Source of the DNA: an uncultured Candidatus Saccharibacteria bacterium
Lineage (GTDB): Bacteria > Patescibacteriota > Minisyncoccia > Phycocordibacterales > UBA918
Length of the DNA stretch: 64,000 bases
Direction of reading: 5' to 3'
NCBI GenBank assembly: GCA_964643955.1
Contig: CAZXUO010000005.1
Coordinates: forward strand, 95 to 64,094
The notes beneath the pieces are model-generated. The model was not told where the DNA came from and searched no databases. It worked only from the letters and a program-made list of their open reading frames with translations. Shown piece by piece: positions 47,873-57,779 of this stretch. Positions within the stretch are counted from its first letter, which is position 1. Every line of letters starts with the position of its first letter. The translations under genes were made by a program, and so were the position numbers.

Positions 47873-49702
47873 ATGTTCGCACTCGTATCGCCAAGAAGAA
47901 TCGTCGTCGCATTTTTTCTCACACTTAGTATTGTAAGTAGTGCTTTTTTCATATCATCGCACGTGACGCGTGCGCAAGAAGTGACGGATACTTCCGTTGA
48001 TACTGATGATCTCACCCGCGAACAGCTCCTTGAGCAGATTGCGCTTCTCACACAGCTCGTTGCGTTGTTGCAACAAAAAGTTGCGCTTGAGCAACAAACG
48101 GCAACGGAATCAACCGCTACGACAACCGATGATGTTGTTGAAGATGATACCGAGCTTAGCAGCTTTGCATGTAAAATGTATGCACCGGTTACCGTCGACT
48201 ATGGAGATACCTTTACACTCCGATGGGATTCAGTGGATGCGCAGTACGGACAGTTTGCACTCGCGCGTTCTGGTGTTGATGGATTTGGACTTCCTGAAGG
48301 ACGTCTTGCGAAAAGTGGTTCAACAAATGTAGTCGCGAATGCATACGGAGAAATCACTATCAAGCTTTCAGTCTTTGGTACGGAAGGTCGTACTGATTGT
48401 ACAAAGGTAGTGAAGGTTGCGGAGCCTGAAAGTGAAGACACGAGCACTATGAAATTGTATGAGGATGGAGAGAATGTTCTCTTTCTTGATAACATCACCA
48501 AGCGCGCAGCGGTAAGTAACTGTCAGGCGTATGCAAGTACGCGGACAAGTAAGACGATCCGATGTACGTGGGATGGTGACGAAGTATTTTATTACGCACT
48601 AACGATCACGAATCCGCGCGGCGACGTGATCAGTTGTAAGGTTGCGCTGCTTCCTTCTGAAGTAACCGTTGGAGATTCATATGTCGTGAGCGTTAATTCT
48701 CTCAATGCGACATACACGACGCTTTCTGGTGAGGGAGCATCGTATACAAAAGGAAATCCAAATGATTCACGCACGGTGGTAGCGGACGAAGCGGGTACCT
48801 TTACGTACACTGCAAAAGCAGTGCAGGTAGATGCACAAGGTAATCCTGCGTTTACTGCAACCTGCAGCGGCATGGTGACAGTTGTTGAAGAAGAAAGCGA
48901 TGAAGTAACGACGGCTACGCCATCATGTACTGTCGAGACGATTCCATATCAGACGGAAACAGGTCGCAAGTATACCGTGAAGTGGGACTCAACAAATGCA
49001 GAGTACGTGACGGTTGATGGAAAGAAGATGAGTGCTGATGGATTTACCTCATTTAGCAAATCATCTGCGGGCTCGTATACGCATATCGTAAAGGCGTACA
49101 ACGGCACAAAGAGCGCATTATGTTCGACGGGTATTACGATCGTGAAGCTCCCCGAAGAATTTGAAAGCAATGCAACGGTTACGATGACCAACGTGACGAG
49201 CGAACGCGTGACGGTTTCGTATGAAAATATTCCGTTCTATTCGTACGTAGCGCTCTATAGTACTGAAGACAACCGTCGATACGATGTCAACGATACTTAT
49301 ATTGGCGGTACATCGTGGTCAACGATCTATCTCAATAATGTACGTCCTGCAGGCTCATACTACCTTCGCGTGACGCGTGAGGCGCCGCCGGCATCAGGAC
49401 TTTTGTACAATGAAGTCGCTCGAAGTTCGACGTTTACCATCCCGGGTACGACCAATACTGCAAACGCAGTGACGTGTTCACTCGCAGGCAGCAATGATGA
49501 CGAAGTCGTGTGGTCAAGTACAGGCGCTGATTACGGCATCATTTCTTGGAAGACGATGCCACAGCAGTACCATGCGTATCACACAGAAATTGATACGGAA
49601 GGTACGTGGAGTGATATCCCCGAAGGTGAGACGGAATATCGTTTCGTCTTCTATAGCAACAAAGGACCATTCGCAGCATGTACGCACACGACGATGAAGT
49701 AG
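47873..49702 (+). CDS. Secreted/surface protein with coiled-coil neck and repeated Ig/PKD-like modules with paired cysteines
   Basis: Signal/TM, QIALLTQLVALLQQKV, and repeated C...G.....W.S.NA...C modules. Confidence 0.75.
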   Translation: MFALVSPRRIVVAFFLTLSIVSSAFFISSHVTRAQEVTDTSVDTDDLTREQLLEQIALLTQLVALLQQKVALEQQTATESTATTTDDVVEDDTELSSFACKMYAPVTVDYGDTFTLRWDSVDAQYGQFALARSGVDGFGLPEGRLAKSGSTNVVANAYGEITIKLSVFGTEGRTDCTKVVKVAEPESEDTSTMKLYEDGENVLFLDNITKRAAVSNCQAYASTRTSKTIRCTWDGDEVFYYALTITNPRGDVISCKVALLPSEVTVGDSYVVSVNSLNATYTTLSGEGASYTKGNPNDSRTVVADEAGTFTYTAKAVQVDAQGNPAFTATCSGMVTVVEEESDEVTTATPSCTVETIPYQTETGRKYTVKWDSTNAEYVTVDGKKMSADGFTSFSKSSAGSYTHIVKAYNGTKSALCSTGITIVKLPEEFESNATVTMTNVTSERVTVSYENIPFYSYVALYSTEDNRRYDVNDTYIGGTSWSTIYLNNVRPAGSYYLRVTREAPPASGLLYNEVARSSTFTIPGTTNTANAVTCSLAGSNDDEVVWSSTGADYGIISWKTMPQQYHAYHTEIDTEGTWSDIPEGETEYRFVFYSNKGPFAACTHTTMK

Positions 49703-49766
49703 GAATATAAAAAGAATGCGGCGCGGACCCCTCTGGGGTCCGCGCCGTTTTTCATTGCTTTGCGCG

Positions 49767-50684
49767 CTATTTCTTCATGATCATTTCGAGCAACGCCATG
49801 CGGACGTAGAGTCCGTTTTGCGCTTGTTCGAAATACCGAGCCCGCGGGTCGAAGTCGATTGCGGGCGGAAGCTCGTCGTTGCGAGGGAGCGGATGCAAGA
49901 TGATGCTCGTTTCGGGCAGGAGCTGCGCACGCTCGGGCGTGAGTGTGAACGCCGATGGATCGAACTCGACCTCGCCGTGCTCACGTTGCGTTCGCGTCAT
50001 GTAGATCACGTCGGTCAAGCCGAGAATCTCTGGTGATAGCCCATGTACGCGGCTGATGGTGCCGATGTGTTGTGCATCTGCGAAGATCTCGTCCGGAAGC
50101 TGGAGCTCCGGAGGGGCAACACAGATGATCTCACGCACGTACACAAGCTTTTCGTGCATTGCCGCAAGAAGTTTCACGAGCGAGTGGACTGTGCGACCGC
50201 GCTTGAGATCGCCGACAACAGTGACGGTAATCTCTCGCATGCGTCCGAAATGCTGCTCAATCGTGTAGAGATCGAGGAATGCCTGCGTGGGATGCTCACC
50301 GATACCGTCGCCCGCATTGATGATCGGTACCGGGCTCACTGCCGCGGCTTTTTCAACATCGCCTGCTTTCTCGCTCCGGAGAATGATGAGATCTCCGTAC
50401 GACGCCATGATTCTGGCGGCGTCTGGGACCGATTCATTTTTTGCAGCCGACGATAGCATGCCAGCTGCCTCCGTGCCGATGTACTGGCCGCCGAGGCGAA
50501 GTATTGCCGACTCGAAGGAAAAGCGGGTACGCGTCGACGGCTGATAGAAGCACGTGACGCCGATCTTTCCGCGCATCGGAAATTTTTTCAGCATACACAC
50601 GTTCTGGTAGTGGTTTGCTCGCTCGAAGAGCTCTTTCATCTCCATTGGTGAGAGATCGCTCGCGCTGATGATGTGTCTCAACAT
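49767..50684 (-). CDS. pyrB: Aspartate carbamoyltransferase catalytic subunit
   Basis: FYQPSTRTRFSFE, INAGDG..EHPTQ, GDLKRGRTVHS, YMTRTQRE and HPLPR. Confidence 0.95.
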   Translation of the reverse strand: MLRHIISASDLSPMEMKELFERANHYQNVCMLKKFPMRGKIGVTCFYQPSTRTRFSFESAILRLGGQYIGTEAAGMLSSAAKNESVPDAARIMASYGDLIILRSEKAGDVEKAAAVSPVPIINAGDGIGEHPTQAFLDLYTIEQHFGRMREITVTVVGDLKRGRTVHSLVKLLAAMHEKLVYVREIICVAPPELQLPDEIFADAQHIGTISRVHGLSPEILGLTDVIYMTRTQREHGEVEFDPSAFTLTPERAQLLPETSIILHPLPRNDELPPAIDFDPRARYFEQAQNGLYVRMALLEMIMKK

Positions 50685-50800
50685 CGAAGTGCCCCCTTCT
50701 CATATTGGAAAGAACCGCAGGAATCCTAGCATATGCCGGAGGGAGTGCAATAAAAAGCGCCCCACCGGAGTGGGGCGCGCAGGGCACTGACGTTGTTCTT

Positions 50801-51832
50801 CTACCGTGCTGCGAGATGGCGAGTGATATCGAGCGGGAGTCGCCACCCTTGATAGATGAACCCCGTGTAGATTTGTACGAGCGTCGCGCCGAGGTCGAGC
50901 ACCTCGGCGGCTTGGTCTGGCGAGCTGATGCCGCCACACGCGATGATCGTGAGGTTGGGCGCGTGATGCGCGATGTGCGAGACGAAATCGCACGTGCGGT
51001 CGAAAAGGAATGGACCACTTGCGCCACCGTGCTCGCTTTTCTGTGGCGAGATGATTCCACCGCGCTCGGTCGTCGTATTTCCCGCGACGATACCATCGAT
51101 CTTGAGATCGAGGCAGACGACGATCACCTCATCGAGTTCGTCAATCGTAAGATCAGGCGATACCTTTACGAGGATGGCTCGCTTGCGTGTTTCGGTCTCC
51201 TTGGCAAGCGTGCGCTCGGCGTCGCGGACTTCTCGGAGGAGCCGGTACAGCTCTTGCTTGTGTTGCAAGTTGCGCAGGCCCGGAGTGTTGGGAGAGCTGA
51301 CATTGACTTCGATGTAGTCGACATGAGCTCTCGTCCGAGCAAGGACGCGAATGTAGTCCTCGGCGGCACGCTCATTCGGAGTGTCTTTCATCTTGCCGAG
51401 CGAGATGCCGATGGGAAACGTGGGTCCTTTACGTACTCGCCGCAGATTTCTCGCGACGACACTCACTCCCGCGCTATTGAAGCCCATGCGGTTGATGATG
51501 CCGCGATCTTCGTTGAGTCGGAAGAGACGAGGGCGGTCGTTGCCACTTTGCGGCTTCGGCGTGACCGTACCGATGGTGCCGAAACCGAAAAAAGGCTCGA
51601 GTGCGGGTATGATGCGCGCGTCCTTGTCGAGCCCGGCGGCAAAGCCGACGGGCGAATTGAAGGTGAGTCCGAGTTCTCGGATAGGGTACGTGGGCTTGGT
51701 TCGTGCGATGAGCCGGCATAGCATCGGCGCAAACGGCAGGCGCATGAGCCGGAGGGCGCGCTCATGCGCGTCTTCGGCATCGTGCCCGTTTTGCGTGAGC
51801 CACGGGAAGACTACGTCTCGGTAGAGATCCAT
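50801..51832 (-). CDS. pyrD: Quinone-dependent dihydroorotate dehydrogenase (class 2)
   Basis: GFAAGLDK, GTVTPKPQSGN, INRMGFNS, NVSSPNTPGLR, VKVSPD and GGASG; SD AGGAG before ATG 51832. Confidence 0.95.
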   Translation of the reverse strand: MDLYRDVVFPWLTQNGHDAEDAHERALRLMRLPFAPMLCRLIARTKPTYPIRELGLTFNSPVGFAAGLDKDARIIPALEPFFGFGTIGTVTPKPQSGNDRPRLFRLNEDRGIINRMGFNSAGVSVVARNLRRVRKGPTFPIGISLGKMKDTPNERAAEDYIRVLARTRAHVDYIEVNVSSPNTPGLRNLQHKQELYRLLREVRDAERTLAKETETRKRAILVKVSPDLTIDELDEVIVVCLDLKIDGIVAGNTTTERGGIISPQKSEHGGASGPFLFDRTCDFVSHIAHHAPNLTIIACGGISSPDQAAEVLDLGATLVQIYTGFIYQGWRLPLDITRHLAAR

Positions 51833-51978
51833 GAAGGTCTCCTGTGCGAAGTGTGAAAAGGGCGGCTGGGGAGCACTGTAGCAGTCTCCCGAGGGAACGG
51901 CAATCGGGTATAATTGCATTGCTCTTAGCGAAGGCGTAGAGTGTTTCTGAAGGACGGGGATTGATTGGAAGTATGTGT

Positions 51979-52052
51979 CCGCCCGTAGCTCAGTTGGTTA
52001 GAGCACCGAGCTTATACCTCGGTGGTCCTTGGTTCGAGTCCAAGCGGGCGGA
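51979..52052 (+). tRNA. tRNA-Ile with UAU anticodon; CCA not encoded
   Basis: Acceptor CCGCCCG/CGGGCGG-A, D arm GCTC/GAGC, anticodon arm CCGAG-CTTATAC-CTCGG and T arm CTTGG-TTCGAGT-CCAAG. Confidence 0.92.
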
Positions 52053-52095
52053 CAGATATTTGCAGTTGAGGTTCAGACAGAAAAGATAGTCAGTT

Positions 52096-53106
52096 ATGAA
52101 AAAGAAAACTCAAGATGACCCGCTCGTCGGCAAGATATTTCGTGCGATAGCTCCGAGGATCGGTGCGACGGTGGTGATGGAGCCTGAGTGGAATATCGCA
52201 GGACAGATACTATATAAGAGTGGGAAGAAACGATACTTTCGATATTCAAGCATTGACCTCAATACACTCGGTGCATCAGAGATATCAAAAGATAAGCACT
52301 ATGCGAACTTTTTTATGAAGCGCATGGGGTATCCGACCATTGAAGGGCAGACCTTTTTTTCAAAGTCGTGGGCGGCAGCGATTGATTCTCGCCGTGATGC
52401 AGACGCGGCATATGCATACGCGCAAAAGATCGGCTTTCCGGTCATCGTCAAACCAAATAGTGGAAGTCAGGGCAAAGGTGTAACGCTCTGCCACACACGT
52501 CGTGAATTTTATAGTGCGCTTGCGCGTGTTTTCAAAATCGATCGTGTCGCACTCGTACAGAGGCCTGTGGAGGGGAAGGACTATCGGATTGTGGTGCTTG
52601 ATGACAAAGTGATTTCCGCGTATGAACGCATCCCGCTCAATGTTGTTGGTGATGGCCGTTCGACAATTGTTCAATTGCTTGAGAAAAAGCAAAAACATTT
52701 TAAGACGAGTAGTCGCGATACAAGGATTCGTATGGACGATCCGCGCATCATCGCGAAGCTTGCACGTAGAGGTATGACTTTAGCATCTATCCCCAGAAAG
52801 GATGAGTGTGTGTACGTGCTCGATAATGCCAATCTGTCCTCCGGCGGAGATGCGCGCGAGGTGTCTGCCGATATTCATCCCGAGTTTTCTAAAATCGCAA
52901 TCGCACTTACAAAAGACATGGGCTTGCGACTCTGTGGGGTCGATCTCATGGTGGACGGCGACATTGCCGATGCGCCCGAGAAGTACTGGGTACTTGAAAT
53001 CAATTCTGCGCCCGGCCTTGATCACTATGCACAATCAGGTAAAGCACAGCAGAAGATTGTCGAGGACATGTATCTTGAAGTTTTGAAACACATGGAGCAC
53101 TCGTGA
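52096..53106 (+). CDS. Stand-alone ATP-grasp ligase (cyanophycin synthetase N-half / GshAB-like)
   Basis: FPVIVKP..GSQGKGV, DYRIVV, P..VVGDG.STI, ANLSSGG, CGVD and LEINSAPG. Confidence 0.8.
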   Translation: MKKKTQDDPLVGKIFRAIAPRIGATVVMEPEWNIAGQILYKSGKKRYFRYSSIDLNTLGASEISKDKHYANFFMKRMGYPTIEGQTFFSKSWAAAIDSRRDADAAYAYAQKIGFPVIVKPNSGSQGKGVTLCHTRREFYSALARVFKIDRVALVQRPVEGKDYRIVVLDDKVISAYERIPLNVVGDGRSTIVQLLEKKQKHFKTSSRDTRIRMDDPRIIAKLARRGMTLASIPRKDECVYVLDNANLSSGGDAREVSADIHPEFSKIAIALTKDMGLRLCGVDLMVDGDIADAPEKYWVLEINSAPGLDHYAQSGKAQQKIVEDMYLEVLKHMEHS

Positions 53107-53124
53107 GTGTAGATGCCGGAGTGA

Positions 53125-55290
53125 TTATTCAAAGTGGAGGAGATGAGAGATGGTGGCGACGCGTTCGTTGATGAGTGGATGTTTTTTTAAGGTGATGTCT
53201 TGCGCGATCATTGCTTGTGCTTCGTCGCGCGCAGCGGCGACCATCTTTGGATTTTTGATTGCTTCCATGCCGAGATCAGAAATACCCCACTGCTTGCCTC
53301 CGTATAATTCTCCCGAGCCGCGGAGGGTGAGATCGTACTCCGCGAGCTCGAAACCATTCTTCGCAGTCGTGAGTGCTTTGAGACGCTCGAGCGTCTTTTC
53401 ACTCTTGCTGTCGGTATACGCGTAGCAATACGCTTGGTGATTTGAACGGATGACGCGGCCGCGGAGCTGGTGGAGCTGTGAGAGACCGAAGCGCTCCGAG
53501 CCCTCGATCAAGATAACGGTTGCGTTTGGTACATTCACACCTACTTCCACCACGGAGGTAGCGACAAGGATGTCGAGGCGATGACTTTTAAAATCTTCCA
53601 TCACGCGATCTTTTTCTTTTGGTGTCATCTTGCTGTGGAGGATACCGATGTTCCAGCCGCGGAATACTTTTTCTTTGAGCCGCTTCGCTTCTTCTTTTAC
53701 GGACTTTGCCATCAAGGCGGTCATTTTTTCTGGATCGGGCTCGTCGATGCGCGGGCAAATGACGTACGCTTGGCGACCCGCTTCGAGTTCGTGGAGCATC
53801 TCAACGTACATTGCTTTTCGTCCGGCTGCGGTGACGATACTTGTTTTGATTGGTTTGCGGCCCGCAGGCATCTCGTCGAGTAGCGCGAGATCGAGATCGC
53901 CGTAGATGGTGAGTGCGAGCGTGCGCGGGATCGGCGTTGCGGTCATTGAAAGGAGGTGCGGCATACGTTCGTCTTTCTTTGCGAGCGCGCGGCGCTGGCG
54001 CGTACCGAAGCGATGTTGCTCGTCGATGACGACGTATGCAAGATGCTTGAAGATCACTGACTTTTGAATGATGGCGTGCGTACCGATGAGGATGGGGATC
54101 TCGCCGTTTGCAACCCATTTGAGGAGTTGTGCACGCGAGATGACAGTTGGCTCATTCGGATTTGATTTTGATGGAAATTTCATACAGCCGCTGCCGGTGA
54201 TAAGACCAATCTGAATCGGAAGATGTTTGAAGTACTCAATGAATGAAAGGAAATGCTGCCGCGCGAGGATCTCGGTCGGTGCCATGTATGCGACTTGGAG
54301 ATTGCCCCAATCTTTTTTTGCATCGGGGCGTGAGGTAGCAACGGCGTACGCAGTGGTCGCCGCGACAGCGGTCTTTCCACTACCGACGTCTCCTTCGAGC
54401 AGTCGCGACATCGGCTCGTTTTTGTTGAAGTCGGCGAGGATTGCATCGATCGCGCGCGCTTGCGCGCCGGTGAGCGGAAAGGGAAATCGCTCGGTGAATG
54501 CAGCGATGTGCGCAGTATCTGTTTTGAATTGGTATGCGTCAGAGGCTTTTGTCTCGGCGCGCTCGCGCTGTTTTGCGATTTGGATATAGAAGACTTCCTC
54601 AAATGCGAAGCGCTTGCGCGCCGCCTCGGTATGCGTCGCTTTTTTTGGTGCGTGCACCCAGACGAGTGCGGCGCGCAGGTCGGGGAGCTTGTATCGTGTG
54701 CGGATCGCTTCAGGAATTGGATCTTCGAGCGTATCAAGTACGCCTCCCCGAAAACATTTTTGAAGCGTGTGGTATATCCACTTTGAGGTGATGCCTTTTG
54801 TTTCAGGATAGATGGGGTAGAGGGTTTCTTCAGCGTCTTCACTCGTGGTGTGAAAGAGCGAATCGTGGCGGTCGATCGGCAATTCTTCGAGCGTCTCTAT
54901 CTCGGGATTTGCGAGATACGGCTTCTCGGCGCTGCCTGCAACTTTTCCGGCGAGCTTTACGTACGCACCTTCGCGAAGCATCTTTGCGAGGTATGGCTGG
55001 TTGAACCAAATGATCTTCATCTTGGCAGAGCCATCTTCGATGAAGCCTTCGGCAATCGGTCGGCGGCTTTTCCATGCCTTGCGTGTTTTGAGCCCCGAGA
55101 CTTGGCCGTACACCACGGCGTCGGCACCAACGGTGAGGCCGCCGACCGATTGAATCTGCGAAATGTCTTCGTATCGAGACGGAAGGTGATAGAGGAGGTC
55201 GAAGATGGTGCGGATACCGAGCCGCTCAAGCGCTTTTTTATGATCGGCATCGATGCGGAAATGGTCGGTAAGCAGGTCGTGCGAATGCAT
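53125..55290 (-). CDS. recG: ATP-dependent DNA helicase RecG
   Basis: GDVGSGKT, DEQHRFG, TATPIPRTL and QLHQLRGRV. Confidence 0.97.
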   Translation of the reverse strand: MHSHDLLTDHFRIDADHKKALERLGIRTIFDLLYHLPSRYEDISQIQSVGGLTVGADAVVYGQVSGLKTRKAWKSRRPIAEGFIEDGSAKMKIIWFNQPYLAKMLREGAYVKLAGKVAGSAEKPYLANPEIETLEELPIDRHDSLFHTTSEDAEETLYPIYPETKGITSKWIYHTLQKCFRGGVLDTLEDPIPEAIRTRYKLPDLRAALVWVHAPKKATHTEAARKRFAFEEVFYIQIAKQRERAETKASDAYQFKTDTAHIAAFTERFPFPLTGAQARAIDAILADFNKNEPMSRLLEGDVGSGKTAVAATTAYAVATSRPDAKKDWGNLQVAYMAPTEILARQHFLSFIEYFKHLPIQIGLITGSGCMKFPSKSNPNEPTVISRAQLLKWVANGEIPILIGTHAIIQKSVIFKHLAYVVIDEQHRFGTRQRRALAKKDERMPHLLSMTATPIPRTLALTIYGDLDLALLDEMPAGRKPIKTSIVTAAGRKAMYVEMLHELEAGRQAYVICPRIDEPDPEKMTALMAKSVKEEAKRLKEKVFRGWNIGILHSKMTPKEKDRVMEDFKSHRLDILVATSVVEVGVNVPNATVILIEGSERFGLSQLHQLRGRVIRSNHQAYCYAYTDSKSEKTLERLKALTTAKNGFELAEYDLTLRGSGELYGGKQWGISDLGMEAIKNPKMVAAARDEAQAMIAQDITLKKHPLINERVATISHLLHFE

Positions 55291-55388
55291 GGCCTTAATG
55301 ATACCAAGTAGGGTGACTTATTGACATATTATATATAATGTGGTACCCTTTCGCCCAGAGAAATTGCTTTTTTGAGGGAGGCAGTACT

Positions 55389-56396
55389 ATGTCCACCGAA
55401 AGTCGCTTCGAGTTCCCAGGCGCGTCCTTCGTGATGAGCCGGGATACGCCGACCCACGAGGTCGACGTCGTGAAGATCGAGGGGGGTGGTCACACCTTCC
55501 TGTGTGAAATGATTCGACGCAAAGGTCTCGCGTTCGAAGGCGACTTCTTGGTCGCCTCTGTGCGGGACAAGCTCGGCCGTCCGCTCTGGAAGTTCTCCGA
55601 CGAGAAGTACAACGGTGTCGGCTTGCTCGCGATGAGCGAGTATGGCGTCGTCGTCGCGCTCGTCGAGAAGGGGCGCGCGGGCAAGGTGGAGCGGGTCATC
55701 CCGCTCCGCAAGCTCGCGGACAGCCACCATCGGCTCGACGTCGCCCGCTCGCTCACGATGAAGCGGACGGCGGCGGATTTCCTTCTGCGCGACTACGTGC
55801 GTACCGGAGCAGAGGCACACATGGTGCTGCTGCTCAATACGCGGCGCACCGAGGAGGAGCGCGCTGCGGAGGAGGCTGCGAAAGCGGCTCGCGAAAAGCT
55901 GCGTATCGAGCGCGTGGCCGCCATCATGGCGCGCGCCGTGCTCGTCGTCTACACGGCTGACGGTCGTACCCGCAAGGGCGTTCCCGCCACCGAGCAGGAG
56001 TGGCCCATGCTCGATTCGGGCACGCACGTCGTGCTCGTCTCGGCCTACGGGCCGGAGGGAGCGGGAGAAGTCTCGCACGCTTTCGTGGTGAAGAAGGGTG
56101 ATGGGCGGCCGCCCTACAAGGAGCACCGCGTGGCGGCGTCGCTCCGCAATCCGCTCGCGAAGCGGGTGGAGGAAACGCCGAAGTCGACGCGCTCGATCCT
56201 CGTCGAACGTGAGGGCGAGTTCCTTGAGGTCGCGCTCTATCGTTCGATGGACGCCATCCGCGCCGCGCGCGCGGCAGGGCTTAACAGCGGCGCGCTCGTC
56301 GCCGTCGAGCCCGACTTCCGCGCGACCACGCTCGAAGTGTTTGAAGTGTTCGCGGAAAAGGTCGAGACGGTCGGCAAGGCCATCATCTGCACCTGA
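55389..56396 (+). CDS. GC-rich orphan hypothetical protein
   Basis: TTGACA-17-TACCCT promoter, SD GGGAGG and terminator GAGCCGGAATCC-GCAA-GGATTCCGGCTC. Confidence 0.7.
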   Translation: MSTESRFEFPGASFVMSRDTPTHEVDVVKIEGGGHTFLCEMIRRKGLAFEGDFLVASVRDKLGRPLWKFSDEKYNGVGLLAMSEYGVVVALVEKGRAGKVERVIPLRKLADSHHRLDVARSLTMKRTAADFLLRDYVRTGAEAHMVLLLNTRRTEEERAAEEAAKAAREKLRIERVAAIMARAVLVVYTADGRTRKGVPATEQEWPMLDSGTHVVLVSAYGPEGAGEVSHAFVVKKGDGRPPYKEHRVAASLRNPLAKRVEETPKSTRSILVEREGEFLEVALYRSMDAIRAARAAGLNSGALVAVEPDFRATTLEVFEVFAEKVETVGKAIICT

Positions 56397-56507
56397 AAAT
56401 ACGAGGAGATGTTTCAATTTGAGCCGGAATCCGCAAGGATTCCGGCTCTACTTTTTTATACTGAACGTAATGTCGTATACTGAAGATTATTTTCTAGTTG
56501 AAATGCC

Positions 56508-57779
56508 ATGGCTGTAAAAAAGAAAAAGAAATCGGGAAAGAATGTGAAAAAGAAGCATGTCCGAGCGGCGGTAAAGAAAGTTGCAAAGAAGGCAGTGAAG
56601 AAAGTAGCAAAAAAACCTGCACGTGTAGCGGCGCAAAAGAAAAAGGACTACGGCAAGCTCGCGCTCGCACGTCACAAGAAGCTGCACGGCAAGCTCTCAG
56701 TGGTCTCAAAAGCACCGCTCCTCAATCGCGATGACTGGAGTACCTTTTATACGCCGGGCGTCGCGGCGGTCTCGTCACACCTTGCAAAGAATCCGCGCGA
56801 AGTGCGTGAGTACACCATCAAGCGCAACACGGTCGCAGTCATCTCTGATGGTTCGGCCGTACTTGGGCTTGGTAACATCGGCGCGTATGGCGCATTACCC
56901 GTGATGGAGGGGAAGTGCGTGATCTTTAAGGAAATGGCAGACATCGATGCATTTCCACTTGTGCTCGATACACAAAATACGGAGGAGATTATCGAGACGG
57001 TGAAGCGTATTGCGCCGGTCTTTGGTGGTATCAACCTCGAAGACATCAGTGCACCACGCTGTTTTGAGATTGAAGAACGACTCAAGAAAGAACTCTCGAT
57101 TCCCGTGATGCATGATGATCAGCATGGTACCGCGATCGTAGTGCTTGCAGGCCTCATTAATGCTGCAACCGTTGTGAAGAAAAATCTGAAGACGATGAAG
57201 ATTGTGGTGATGGGCGCCGGCGCTGCGGGCCGCGCGGTCGCACTGCTCCTCAAGCTCTATGGAGTCGACGACGTGATTGTGGTGGATAGCGCCGGCGCCA
57301 TTGAGTCGTCTCGCTTCGGACTCGCTCCATACAAGCGTGAACTCGCAAAAGTCACGAATCCAAAAGGGCTTAAAGGCTCACTGAACGAAGTGATCGTCGG
57401 CGCGGATGCGATCGTGGGTGTCTCAGGTCCGGGAACTATTGCAACGGCACACATCGAAGCGATGGCGCCGCACGCGATTGTCTTTGCGCTTGCAAACCCT
57501 ATTCCTGAGATTATGCCGGAAGACGCAAAGCGCGCTGGCGCAGCGGTGGTTGCAACCGGTCGCTCGGATTTCCCCAATCAGGTCAACAACTCGCTCGCAT
57601 TTCCCGGTATTTTCCGTGGTGCGCTCGATCGGGGACTGACTGAGATTACTGACGAGATGAAGCTTTGTGCTGCAAAGCAGCTCGCCGCACTCGTAAAGAA
57701 GCCTACGGCTGAGATGATTATTCCGTCGGTGACGACCAAAGGTCTTGTGAAAGCAATTTCTTCTGCGATTAAGAAATAA
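56508..57779 (+). CDS. NAD(P)-dependent malic enzyme with histone-H1-like Lys/Ala/Val N-terminal extension
   Basis: YTPGVA, DGSAVLGLG, GINLEDI, HDDQHGTA, GAGAAG and TGRSDFPNQVNN. Confidence 0.93.
   Translation: MAVKKKKKSGKNVKKKHVRAAVKKVAKKAVKKVAKKPARVAAQKKKDYGKLALARHKKLHGKLSVVSKAPLLNRDDWSTFYTPGVAAVSSHLAKNPREVREYTIKRNTVAVISDGSAVLGLGNIGAYGALPVMEGKCVIFKEMADIDAFPLVLDTQNTEEIIETVKRIAPVFGGINLEDISAPRCFEIEERLKKELSIPVMHDDQHGTAIVVLAGLINAATVVKKNLKTMKIVVMGAGAAGRAVALLLKLYGVDDVIVVDSAGAIESSRFGLAPYKRELAKVTNPKGLKGSLNEVIVGADAIVGVSGPGTIATAHIEAMAPHAIVFALANPIPEIMPEDAKRAGAAVVATGRSDFPNQVNNSLAFPGIFRGALDRGLTEITDEMKLCAAKQLAALVKKPTAEMIIPSVTTKGLVKAISSAIKK

Noticed and set aside
50705-51721. 338-aa plus-strand ORF
   Set aside because: Antisense shadow of pyrD with no motifs.
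51833-51920. PyrR-binding attenuator before pyrD
   Set aside because: No ARUCCNGNGAGGYU-like motif or U-tailed terminator is visible.
55329-56417. 362-aa minus-strand ORF mirroring the 55389 gene
   Set aside because: Antisense shadow of a GC3-rich gene; the promoter, SD and terminator all support the plus strand.
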